A DNA stretch of 62,552 nucleotides from Candidatus Shapirobacteria bacterium (GCA_041649835.1 JBAZML010000004.1:1-62552); one strand, 5' to 3'; counted from the stretch's first letter, positions 53,850 through 62,550 are shown. Numbers and translations: made by a program. Notes: generated by a model not told the origin, from the letters alone.

Positions 53850-54014
53850 ATGTCAGATACTAATAATAAGGTTATTTGTCCTGATTGTCAGGTAGAGATA
53901 GAAAGTGAAACTTTCGGAGTGGGAGATATTCTAGAATGTCAGGAATGTGGAACTGAGGTAGAAATCATATCAATAAATCCGTTACAATATCGTGAATTAG
54001 TTGAGGAGAAGTAA
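53850..54014 (+). CDS. LysW-like small acidic Zn-ribbon (amino-group carrier-like) protein, 54 aa
   Basis: Not in ORF track (under 60 aa). MSDTNNKVICPDCQVEIESETFGVGDILECQECGTEVEIISINPLQYRELVEEK: two CxxC pairs in the LysW pattern (CPxC...GDILxCxxCGxExEx...P.L); ends EEK rather than EDWGE. Confidence 0.82.
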   Translation: MSDTNNKVICPDCQVEIESETFGVGDILECQECGTEVEIISINPLQYRELVEEK

Positions 54015-54542
54015 GCGGTAAGCTCCATCATATTTGAAACTATTATCAGTGATTTCAAACTCTCCATAACGGACTCCCCTACCTAGTCGGGAAGAATCAA
54101 CGTAAATTACCTTGTTACCAATTTTTTCGATAACGAATAAAAGATGGTGGCCATTTTTTTGACGGATTAAATCGGCAGTTTGAATGTCATGAACATCGAT
54201 TCTTTTTGATAGAGGATGTGAGGTAAGCATGTCGGCGGAGATGCGGCGGACATCAAGATTGATAGAAAAATAGAAATTTAAGAGATGACAAGCGAGACCA
54301 GAGCAGTCGATACCTAATTGGTGTTTCTTCTGAAAATTGTAGATTTGTTGAGGACTTAAATCGATTATTTTAATATTCTCATTATTGGCAAATTCAATGG
54401 TTTTTAAGGCTAATTCTTTGGCATTTCCTTTGCCGATTAAAGTATTATCAGATGAAATTTGCTTGGGAATATTAGTGTGATACGGCAAGCCGATGTATTT
54501 TAGAATTTCCTGACGGAGTTCTTCTAGTTTAATCCGAGCCAT
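53997..54542 (-). CDS. NlpC/P60-like (papain-fold) protein
   Basis: YIGLPY...GIDCSGL...ADLI....GHH...VDSS. Confidence 0.75.
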   Translation of the reverse strand: MARIKLEELRQEILKYIGLPYHTNIPKQISSDNTLIGKGNAKELALKTIEFANNENIKIIDLSPQQIYNFQKKHQLGIDCSGLACHLLNFYFSINLDVRRISADMLTSHPLSKRIDVHDIQTADLIRQKNGHHLLFVIEKIGNKVIYVDSSRLGRGVRYGEFEITDNSFKYDGAYRLLLLN

Positions 54543-55558
54543 AATCCAAAAATTGCTAATATGACTGTTGCCAGCCAGGCTCTAAATACTATTTTTGGTT
54601 CTTCCCAACCATTTTTTTGCAGGGTTAAATGAATTGGAGCTGCCGGAAATAATTTTTTATGAAGGTATATTTTACTAAAGATTTGTAAAGCACTAGACAT
54701 ACCTTCGATAATAAATGGGGCGCCAACAATAAACAAAGGAACTACTTTACCTAGTAGTAGAGCGATAACAGCGAAGGTGGCACCAAAAGAGAGAGAACCA
54801 ACATCACCGAGCCAAATACGGGCTGGGTAAACATTGAAATAGAGAAAGGCAATTAAAGATCCTATCCATAAAGATAGAAATAGAGAAATGGGTGTATCCA
54901 ATGAAGTTCCGGCCAAAATCCAAAAGGCAAAAAGGGAAATCATTAAGGTACCACAAGCTAATCCATCTAAACCGTCGGTAATATTGAAAAAATTAGCAAA
55001 AGCAACAATGATTATTGTAGAGATAGGAATAAAAAACAGACCCAGGCTAACGGCGCCGATAAAAGGTAAATAGATAAAATTGATACCAAGTTGAAAGTAA
55101 ATAAGTAAGGAAATAATGGTTGCCAAAACCAACTGAAGTAACAACTTGTATTTCATCCGAAGACCAAAAAATCCGGTATTTTTAAAATTAAAAAACTTGA
55201 GAATATCATCGTAAAGTCCAAGGAGGCCAAAACTTATAAAGGTAAAGAAAATAACGATTAGTTCGTTAATTAAATGATAATTACTGGAAATAAAAAGTCG
55301 TGACATTTTTAAAATTGGGAACAGAAATGAGAACAAAATGACAACGGTGAGAATAATCAAAAGTCCCCCACCAACAGGAGTGCCGCTTTTTTGAGCATGA
55401 AATTTATCAAAAATAGGGGTACTTTTATTTTGAAAATCTAGAGTTGATTGCTTTTGCCGTTGAAATTTTAATCGGTAAAGAAGATTAATATAGGGAACTA
55501 CCAGGATGCTGGTGGCGAGGAAGGAAAACAATAATAGGCCGAGGTATAGGTGGATCAT
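54524..55558 (-). CDS. mraY: Phospho-MurNAc-peptide transferase MraY
   Basis: KSGTPVGGG, GLYDD, NITDGLDGL, WLGDVGS, APIH. Confidence 0.95.
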   Translation of the reverse strand: MIHLYLGLLLFSFLATSILVVPYINLLYRLKFQRQKQSTLDFQNKSTPIFDKFHAQKSGTPVGGGLLIILTVVILFSFLFPILKMSRLFISSNYHLINELIVIFFTFISFGLLGLYDDILKFFNFKNTGFFGLRMKYKLLLQLVLATIISLLIYFQLGINFIYLPFIGAVSLGLFFIPISTIIIVAFANFFNITDGLDGLACGTLMISLFAFWILAGTSLDTPISLFLSLWIGSLIAFLYFNVYPARIWLGDVGSLSFGATFAVIALLLGKVVPLFIVGAPFIIEGMSSALQIFSKIYLHKKLFPAAPIHLTLQKNGWEEPKIVFRAWLATVILAIFGLWLGLN

Positions 55559-56883
55559 GTTTTTATATATTTTATATTAGCACCAAGGGAACAGAGCCGG
55601 TCGGCTAACTTTTCATATCCTCGCTCAATAAATTCAACATTATCGATAATACTTTCACCGTTTGCTGTCAGAGCAGCCAATGTGGCGGTGGCACCAGCCC
55701 TCAAATCGGAGACGGCGATGTGAATTGGTTTTAATTTTGAAGGACCGTATATTTTGACTCCATGAAAATATTCGAGATTATCCGATTCAGGATTAAAATG
55801 GTAGTACTCTGAGGGATTGGTGACTTCCGGATTAAAAAATTTTGTTTTGGCTCCCATCTGATTTAGAGTGCTGATATGTTGAAAACGTGAAGGAAATATT
55901 TTTTCAATAATGGAGCTACAACCAACAGATTGTGTCAGAACCAAACTAAAAATTGCTTGCCAATCGGTCATGAATCCTGGTTCGGGACCGGTTTCAATAT
56001 CAATGGCTTTTAAGTTTTTAACCCAATTTATGGAAATTTCATCTCTACCCCGAATTACTTGTGCCCCCATTAGTTCAATGATTCTTAAAAAAGTTTCAAT
56101 ATTTGTAGGTCTAATCCGCATAATATTAATTGAACCTTTGGTACATAATGCGGCACAGGCAAAGGTTACGGTTTCATTTCGGTCACCGATGATTTGATGT
56201 TCTGTTCCGTTAAGTACTGAAACGCCTTTGATATAAATTTTTTTTGGATCAGAGGTGTCCCGTTTTATCTTGGCCCCCATGTCATTTAACATTTCAATGA
56301 GATCATCTATTTCTGGCTCTAGGGCGGCATTTCTAATAACTGTTTCACCATTGGCAACAGCGGCCGTCATGATTACCACTTCGGTGACAGTGTGGGATGG
56401 TTTTGGAAATTCAAAATCGGTTGCTTGAATTCCGGAAGTAGTGAAACGTAAATGATCAGAAAACTCTTCGACATTAATATTCATTTTTTTGTAACATTCG
56501 AAAAGCCGATCAAGAGGTCTGGCACCCAATTTGTCACCACCTGGAATTGGGACGATAGCTTCGCCACAACGAGCCAATAAAGGAGCGGCGAACATAAATG
56601 AGGAACGGGAAACATTTCCGGTACCGTGTGGAACAACCGATGAGTTAATTTTATTGGTGGTGATTTCCAAGCTGTGAGTGCCGGTATAATTTATCGTTGA
56701 ACCCATTGATTTGGCGATACTTTCGGTAATATGAACATCTGATATGCAGGGAACATTGAGTAAATGAGTAGTCTCTTTGGATAGAAGACTGGCAATTATT
56801 TGTTTAAATGAAGCATTTTTGGCACCTCGGATGGAAACTTCACCATTTAGTGGTTTACCACCATTAATAATATATCGGGACAT
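55555..56883 (-). CDS. murA: UDP-GlcNAc 1-carboxyvinyltransferase
   Basis: GAKNA, PGGDKLGARP (Asp at the Cys115 position), EPEIDDL, PGFMTD, DLRAGA, RGYE. Confidence 0.93.
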   Translation of the reverse strand: MSRYIINGGKPLNGEVSIRGAKNASFKQIIASLLSKETTHLLNVPCISDVHITESIAKSMGSTINYTGTHSLEITTNKINSSVVPHGTGNVSRSSFMFAAPLLARCGEAIVPIPGGDKLGARPLDRLFECYKKMNINVEEFSDHLRFTTSGIQATDFEFPKPSHTVTEVVIMTAAVANGETVIRNAALEPEIDDLIEMLNDMGAKIKRDTSDPKKIYIKGVSVLNGTEHQIIGDRNETVTFACAALCTKGSINIMRIRPTNIETFLRIIELMGAQVIRGRDEISINWVKNLKAIDIETGPEPGFMTDWQAIFSLVLTQSVGCSSIIEKIFPSRFQHISTLNQMGAKTKFFNPEVTNPSEYYHFNPESDNLEYFHGVKIYGPSKLKPIHIAVSDLRAGATATLAALTANGESIIDNVEFIERGYEKLADRLCSLGANIKYIKT

Positions 56884-58181
56884 TATTTATTATTTTTGTA
56901 TAAATTAATAATTTTTTGAAATATTTTTAGACCATCAGAACCACCAGAACTAAAGTGTACCAGTATGTCACCAGTTTTTAGACTATTTTGGTAATGTTTT
57001 ACAATCTCTTCCGGAATAGGTAAATAAATACTACGGGGAATAATATTTAAGAAATCTTTGGCAATGAGACGGTCGGATTGTTTTATCTTGGAATTGAATT
57101 TTAATTTATAGATTACTGTTTCAGTGGCAAGTTCAAAAGATGGTAATAAAAGGTTTAAATTGGAACGATATTGCATAAATGAGGCGTGATTTTCATAAAA
57201 AACTTTTAATCTCGATTGGGGATGGGTATCTTTTATGGCTTTGAGTGCAGCACCAATTCTGTCGGCTGATTGGGCAAAATCATCGATAAAGATTATTCCT
57301 TTATTATTTCCAACCACTTCTAAACGTCTTTTTATACCTTTAAAATTTTTGAAACTTCTCTTTATTGATTCTGAAGATATCTTGAGCTTATTTGCCAAGG
57401 TTTCAACTGCCCCTAGATTTTCCTGATTATGTTTGCCTAACAACTGATTGGATATTTTGGTTTCACTGTAGGGTATTTTTTGACATTTGGCGAAACTAAG
57501 CAAAGGTAAAATTAAGGTATCATTTGAATTGTAAATTAAAAGACCATCTTTGGGGATGTTCTCTACCAATTGTTTGAAAGCATTAAAATTTTCGTTTTCA
57601 TTAGAATAACTTTCCCGATGTTCCCATTTGGCACTGGTTAGGATTAGGTATTTGACAGGGTAATATAAAAATTTAGCTTTGGTATCAAGTCCATTTATTG
57701 ATTCGTCGGCTTCGACAACTGACCAATTTGAATTGGAAAAATGGAGAGAATCTAAGCGATTAAGGCTTTGACCTCCAATCATGTAAGCAGGGTCATAATT
57801 AGCATTTTTAAGCAAATAAGTGACGGCAGCAGTAATGGTGGTTTTGCCATAAGACCCGGCAATTAAAATGGAGTTGTTCTTAATTAGGTTTTGGGAAATG
57901 TATTGAGTGGCGGAAATGTAGGGAATTTTTTGAATTTTTATATCTTCAAAATCTGTCTGAGTATTATGGAATGAAGCATAGGATGAACCGATAATAGCTA
58001 AATCAATCTGAGAATTAATCTCTGTCTGATTTATGGGAATGTTGGCTTTTTTTAGTTGTTTATTGAAAGGCGGATAGGTTTTTTCCTGATCTGACCCGCT
58101 TATTTGATGACCTTGTTTTTGTAGAGCTAAGGCAAGTGGCGCTGTCATGGAACCGGCAATGCCAACAAGGTGTATATGCAT
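56883..58181 (-). CDS. MurC-family ligase, Mpl-like (UDP-MurNAc:peptide ligase)
   Basis: IHLVGIAGS, GSDQEKTYPP (Mpl-type GSDxxxYPP), AGSYGKTT, VEADE, GIKRRLE, DDFAQ. Confidence 0.75.
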   Translation of the reverse strand: MHIHLVGIAGSMTAPLALALQKQGHQISGSDQEKTYPPFNKQLKKANIPINQTEINSQIDLAIIGSSYASFHNTQTDFEDIKIQKIPYISATQYISQNLIKNNSILIAGSYGKTTITAAVTYLLKNANYDPAYMIGGQSLNRLDSLHFSNSNWSVVEADESINGLDTKAKFLYYPVKYLILTSAKWEHRESYSNENENFNAFKQLVENIPKDGLLIYNSNDTLILPLLSFAKCQKIPYSETKISNQLLGKHNQENLGAVETLANKLKISSESIKRSFKNFKGIKRRLEVVGNNKGIIFIDDFAQSADRIGAALKAIKDTHPQSRLKVFYENHASFMQYRSNLNLLLPSFELATETVIYKLKFNSKIKQSDRLIAKDFLNIIPRSIYLPIPEEIVKHYQNSLKTGDILVHFSSGGSDGLKIFQKIINLYKNNK

Positions 58182-58183
58182 AT

Positions 58184-58786
58184 CTATTGATTATATGACA
58201 ACCACTGCCCTTGAGTAAAATACTGGAATCCTGGGAAATTTCTTTTGTAGTAGCCAAGCTTGGTTTTGGCATTAAAACGTCCCAAGTAACAATACTTTAA
58301 CTTTGAATTAAAACTATCAGTAACTAACTGGAGGGAGAGTCTAATGGGTAAATCATTGTGAGCTAATTTGGGATTATAAAAAACATAGGCTATATGAGAG
58401 ATATTTTTATCGATATAGCAAATTGAGTAGGCACAAATTTGCTTATCCTGGTCATACCATTCATATAGATAGTTAAAAATATGATTGATGAATACGGTTT
58501 TTATTGAGGATACTGGGAATTCCCAACCCAATTCTTTGACCCAACTGACAAGTTGTTTTTGAATTTTGGGAGTATATAAAAACTCAGATAGAGGAATTAG
58601 TTTGTAGGTAAAATTTTCGGTTTTTTTGATAATTCTTCTGTTTTCTGATGATAATTGAAATAAATTCAAATTGCATCGAGAACTGGAATTTTCATCAATG
58701 TAAAAAGTATGTTTGGAATTTCGTTGTGGTAAAAGACCATTTTGATAATTTTCTTCAATCGAATGATCGTTTTGGATATTATACAT
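58184..58786 (-). CDS. Bpt/ATE-like aminoacyl-tRNA-dependent transferase
   Basis: SR..LNLFQLSSENRRIIKK, YVFYNP.L...L, YCYLG....GYYK..F align by eye with the ATE_N/ATE_C pattern of Bpt. Start moved to MYNIQ, overlapping the murE stop. Confidence 0.65.
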   Translation of the reverse strand: MYNIQNDHSIEENYQNGLLPQRNSKHTFYIDENSSSRCNLNLFQLSSENRRIIKKTENFTYKLIPLSEFLYTPKIQKQLVSWVKELGWEFPVSSIKTVFINHIFNYLYEWYDQDKQICAYSICYIDKNISHIAYVFYNPKLAHNDLPIRLSLQLVTDSFNSKLKYCYLGRFNAKTKLGYYKRNFPGFQYFTQGQWLSYNQ

Positions 58787-60032
58787 TTTGAGATTTAAGC
58801 CGAAAGGCAGTTCTAAAAGCTTCGGCTTCTGACCAGGGATATTCAGTGGAGCCATGAAGAATACTAGTTTCATGACCTTTGCCACAGGCGATAATAGTGT
58901 CCCCTGCTTTGGCGATTTTAATTGCTAGGTTGAAGGCATCCTGACGGTTGGGAATATTGGCATAATGAAATTTACTTGGGTCGGTAATAATCGGATTCAA
59001 TGAATCAATTAAAATTGATTTTTGAAGATTAATCCCGGAAATTATTTGTTGATTTATATCTTCGACTTTTTCATTTCTGGTATCGTCAGCAGTAATAATG
59101 GCAATATCTGACAATTCAGATACATTTTTTCCCATTATGGGCCTTTTACTTTTGTCCCGGCCACCGGTAGCTCCAAAAATAACAATTATTCTACCTTTGG
59201 TAGTGAGACGAAGAGAGGAAAGGGTAACCAAAAGAGCGTTGGGAGTATGGGCAAAATCAATGATTGTCTTTAGATGAAGACTGTTTTCAATTATTTCTCG
59301 ACGACCTTTAGTTTCGGGAAATTTGATAATTGTTTGAGAGAATATTTTTGGATCAAGGTTTAATTTTGAAAATACAGCAAAACTAGCCAGAATATTATAG
59401 ATTTGATATTCATAATTACTGTCGGTAGTTAGCTTATGATCATTTACGGTAAAGTTTAGGGTATTGGAATCGATTTCTATATTTTTGGCAGTAAAATCGG
59501 ATTTATTTTTTATACTATATGTTGAAACCGGAATAGTAATCATTTTACTTAGTGCCTGATATTGAGAGTCATCACGGTTAATGACACCGAAGTCAGATTG
59601 TGAAAAGAGTTTGGCTTTGGTAGCGGTGTAATTTTCAATTGTTTTGTGGTAATCAAGGTGCTCGTGAGAAATATTGGTTATCAAACTTATTTTAAAATGA
59701 CAGCCAAAATATCGATATTGATCAATGGCGTGTGAGGTGACCTCGCAAATGACATGGGTATAACCATTTTTTTGGTAATCCAAAAACATTTGTTGAAGTA
59801 TTTTGGGATCAGGACTGGTGGTGTGTAGGCCAGGAGAACTTATGGTACTAATGACTCCACATTTTATACCGCTGTTTTCCAATAGTTTTTGTAATAAGGT
59901 ACAGGTAGTAGTTTTACCGTCAGTTCCGGTGACTCCAATTAGAATAAGTTTACGGCTAGGAAATTTAAAATATAGATTCCAAAATATGCTTTGAGGTAAG
60001 TGCCAAAGGAGATTTTTTAATTTACGAATCAT
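58779..60032 (-). CDS. murE: UDP-MurNAc-dipeptide--diamino acid ligase MurE
   Basis: GVTGTDGKTT, CEVTSH, TNISHEHLDYH, IDFAHTP, FGATGGRDKSKRPIMG, DDTR, GKGHE. Confidence 0.9.
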   Translation of the reverse strand: MIRKLKNLLWHLPQSIFWNLYFKFPSRKLILIGVTGTDGKTTTCTLLQKLLENSGIKCGVISTISSPGLHTTSPDPKILQQMFLDYQKNGYTHVICEVTSHAIDQYRYFGCHFKISLITNISHEHLDYHKTIENYTATKAKLFSQSDFGVINRDDSQYQALSKMITIPVSTYSIKNKSDFTAKNIEIDSNTLNFTVNDHKLTTDSNYEYQIYNILASFAVFSKLNLDPKIFSQTIIKFPETKGRREIIENSLHLKTIIDFAHTPNALLVTLSSLRLTTKGRIIVIFGATGGRDKSKRPIMGKNVSELSDIAIITADDTRNEKVEDINQQIISGINLQKSILIDSLNPIITDPSKFHYANIPNRQDAFNLAIKIAKAGDTIIACGKGHETSILHGSTEYPWSEAEAFRTAFRLKSQNV

Positions 60033-60045
60033 AAAAGATGTTTAA

Positions 60046-61641
60046 TTATAACAAAGGCTTCAATTTTTGAGCTATTTCGAACCAGATTGGGGCAGCGGTT
60101 GATGAGCCCCATTGAGATAATTTGGGATTGTTAACGGTGACAATCATAGTAAATATGGGATCGACACAAGGATAAAAACCAATGTATGAACCAATAGTGT
60201 TGGAATCGATATATTCCCCCTTTATAGCAACCTGAGCAGTACCACTTTTAGCACAAACTTCCATGTCTTTTGGTTTTAAAACGGCAATAGGACTATTATC
60301 GACAGCATAGCTTAAAATATCCCTCATTAAAGCCATGGTTTCGGGACTGTAGACGTCACTTTTTTCAATGGGACTATTTTGATTCAGATGGACTTTTACT
60401 AATTGACCATTGTTGGCGATAGCGTTGAAGGCTTGAATCATCTGGAGTTGATTTACAGCCAATCCCTGGCCAAAAGCAGCAGTGGCCAAATCAATATCCG
60501 GCCAAATTGTTTTAAGAGGAGAGATTGATTCTCCGGTTAATTCAACCCCGGTTTTTTGATCGAGTTTCAAACGATGAAAATAATCTAGGAAATTCTTTAA
60601 TCCCATTTCACCAATTATGTAACTCATGCCAATATTATCGGAATTTTTAATAATATCTTTTAAAGTCGAATCGGCATGGAAATTGTTGTCCCAGTTGTTG
60701 ATTGTATATTGACCAATAGTTCTGGATTGATTACATTTTTGACAGATAAAGTCAGAACTGATGCTTTTGGAATCCAAAGCGGCAGACATAATTAAGGGTT
60801 TAAAAATAGATCCCGGTTCAAATAAATCACTTATATTGGATACTTTTGTTTTTTCTTGGGCAGAAGGACTGGATTCGTAGCTAGCCATGGTAATAATTTC
60901 ACCACTTTGAGGTTTTATAATAATTATTGAGGCTGAATCAGCCTGATATTTTTCAACTCCTGCCTTTAAGGCTTTTTCAGATAAAAATTGAATTTGACGA
61001 TTGAGAGAAGTACGAATATTTTGGCCGTCTATTTCATTTTTTTGCCAATTTTTACGGGTTAATAAATTTCCTCCAGTACCATCAACAATGGTTCTGGTGA
61101 AACCGATTTGTCCGGAAATTTGTCGACGGTAATATCTTTCCAGGTTAAAAATAATATTTGAAGCTAAATTTTTTTCCGGGTAATAACGATTTTGTTTTAA
61201 ACTAAAATCTAAGCCATCAAGAGTTGACAATTTGAGCATTTCATCACGATTGAATTGAGTGATAAATTCCATCCATTTTTGAGCCGGATTGTTATATTTT
61301 TCTAAAGCTTTGGCGTTTTGGGTAGCAAATTCTGGTTTGATAGCGCTTATCTCGGTTAGAATTTCAGATAAATCTTTTTTAAAATTTGGCTTGTAAAAAG
61401 CAAGATTATAATAAGAATAGTCTAAACTTAGGGGATAATTATCTGAACTTAAAATGTGTCCCTGTTGAGGAACAATTTTTTCCAGTTTATATATTTGGGA
61501 AATAGCTTTATCATGAAGTTCCTGGCCTTTGATTACCTGCCAATAAAATAATTTGGCTAATATAAAAATAAAACAAATATAAATAGTAACTAGAATTGTT
61601 TTAGGGCGTGATGATTCCATTGAGGGCGTATTTGTTGGCAA
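60046..61641 (-). CDS. ftsI: Class B penicillin-binding protein (FtsI/PBP3-like)
   Basis: N-terminal TM; SxxK (GSIFK), SDN, KSGTAQ. Confidence 0.9.
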   Translation of the reverse strand: MPTNTPSMESSRPKTILVTIYICFIFILAKLFYWQVIKGQELHDKAISQIYKLEKIVPQQGHILSSDNYPLSLDYSYYNLAFYKPNFKKDLSEILTEISAIKPEFATQNAKALEKYNNPAQKWMEFITQFNRDEMLKLSTLDGLDFSLKQNRYYPEKNLASNIIFNLERYYRRQISGQIGFTRTIVDGTGGNLLTRKNWQKNEIDGQNIRTSLNRQIQFLSEKALKAGVEKYQADSASIIIIKPQSGEIITMASYESSPSAQEKTKVSNISDLFEPGSIFKPLIMSAALDSKSISSDFICQKCNQSRTIGQYTINNWDNNFHADSTLKDIIKNSDNIGMSYIIGEMGLKNFLDYFHRLKLDQKTGVELTGESISPLKTIWPDIDLATAAFGQGLAVNQLQMIQAFNAIANNGQLVKVHLNQNSPIEKSDVYSPETMALMRDILSYAVDNSPIAVLKPKDMEVCAKSGTAQVAIKGEYIDSNTIGSYIGFYPCVDPIFTMIVTVNNPKLSQWGSSTAAPIWFEIAQKLKPLL

Positions 61642-61807
61642 AATCTATTTCTAATTTTTGATTTTCATATTTTAATTGAGCATATTTTTTTTCAGATTCA
61701 GAATATTTTTGATTATAGGCAACTATTTGTCCGGAATAATAAACGGAAAATGATAACTGAAAGGCAAGTAGTCCCAGGGCAATGGCAAAAATTACACGAT
61801 TTGACAT
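61601..61807 (-). CDS. FtsL-like small bitopic coiled-coil protein
   Basis: TM helix plus coiled coil; lies between rsmH and ftsI. Confidence 0.65.
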   Translation of the reverse strand: MSNRVIFAIALGLLAFQLSFSVYYSGQIVAYNQKYSESEKKYAQLKYENQKLEIDFANKYALNGIITP

Positions 61808-62550
61808 TATTTTATTTTATAAAATCTAAGAACGGATGAACGGGATAAGGGATTTTTTCTTATTTCAGTATGGTTTGGCAGAATTTTTTTGGTTTCCAGA
61901 TGATGAGTGATTATAAATTTTTTCACTATTCGGTCTTCTCCGGAATGAAATGAAATGATGGCTACTTTGGCATCTTTTTTGGTGATTTTTAGACTAGTTT
62001 CAAGAAGTTTTTTCAGATTAAGAAATTCCTGATTTACTGCGATTCTAAGGGCTAGAAATATTTTAGTTGCCGGATTTTTAAAAGTGGAATAGTGCTTTTT
62101 TTGATAGTAACTATCAATAATATCGCTTAAATATTTACCGTTTTTTATAGGTTTTTTTTGTCTGGCCTGAATTATTTCAAACACAAGTGGTTTGGCTAAT
62201 TTTTCCTGAGCATATTTGGTGAAGAGTTCATATAATTGGTCTTTATCCCAAGTGTTAATTATTTCTTCGGCAGTAAGTGATTGAGTTTTGGGATTTAATC
62301 TCATATCAAGTGACTCAATGTCGTTAAAAGAAAATCCCCTACCGCTTTCTGATTGTTGATTGACACTTAAGCCTAAATCGGCCAAGATTCCGTCTAAAGG
62401 GATACTAATTTCTTTTTTCCAAATAGTTAATAATTTAGAAAAGTTACCTTTTATGGGGTAAAAATTGGTTGATAATTCTAATTTTTTTATTCTATCAATA
62501 GCAACTTTTTGATTTTCAGGATCGGCGTCTAAACCATAAACTGTGGCCCC
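61807..62550 (-). CDS. rsmH: 16S rRNA C1402 N4-methyltransferase RsmH; 5' end outside the window
   Basis: Frame stays open to the window end (GATVYGLDADP...GNFS...DGILADLG); LDMRL, FLALRIAVNQE, ISFHSGEDRIVK, NPLSRS. Confidence 0.93.
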   Translation of the reverse strand, partial: GATVYGLDADPENQKVAIDRIKKLELSTNFYPIKGNFSKLLTIWKKEISIPLDGILADLGLSVNQQSESGRGFSFNDIESLDMRLNPKTQSLTAEEIINTWDKDQLYELFTKYAQEKLAKPLVFEIIQARQKKPIKNGKYLSDIIDSYYQKKHYSTFKNPATKIFLALRIAVNQEFLNLKKLLETSLKITKKDAKVAIISFHSGEDRIVKKFIITHHLETKKILPNHTEIRKNPLSRSSVLRFYKIK

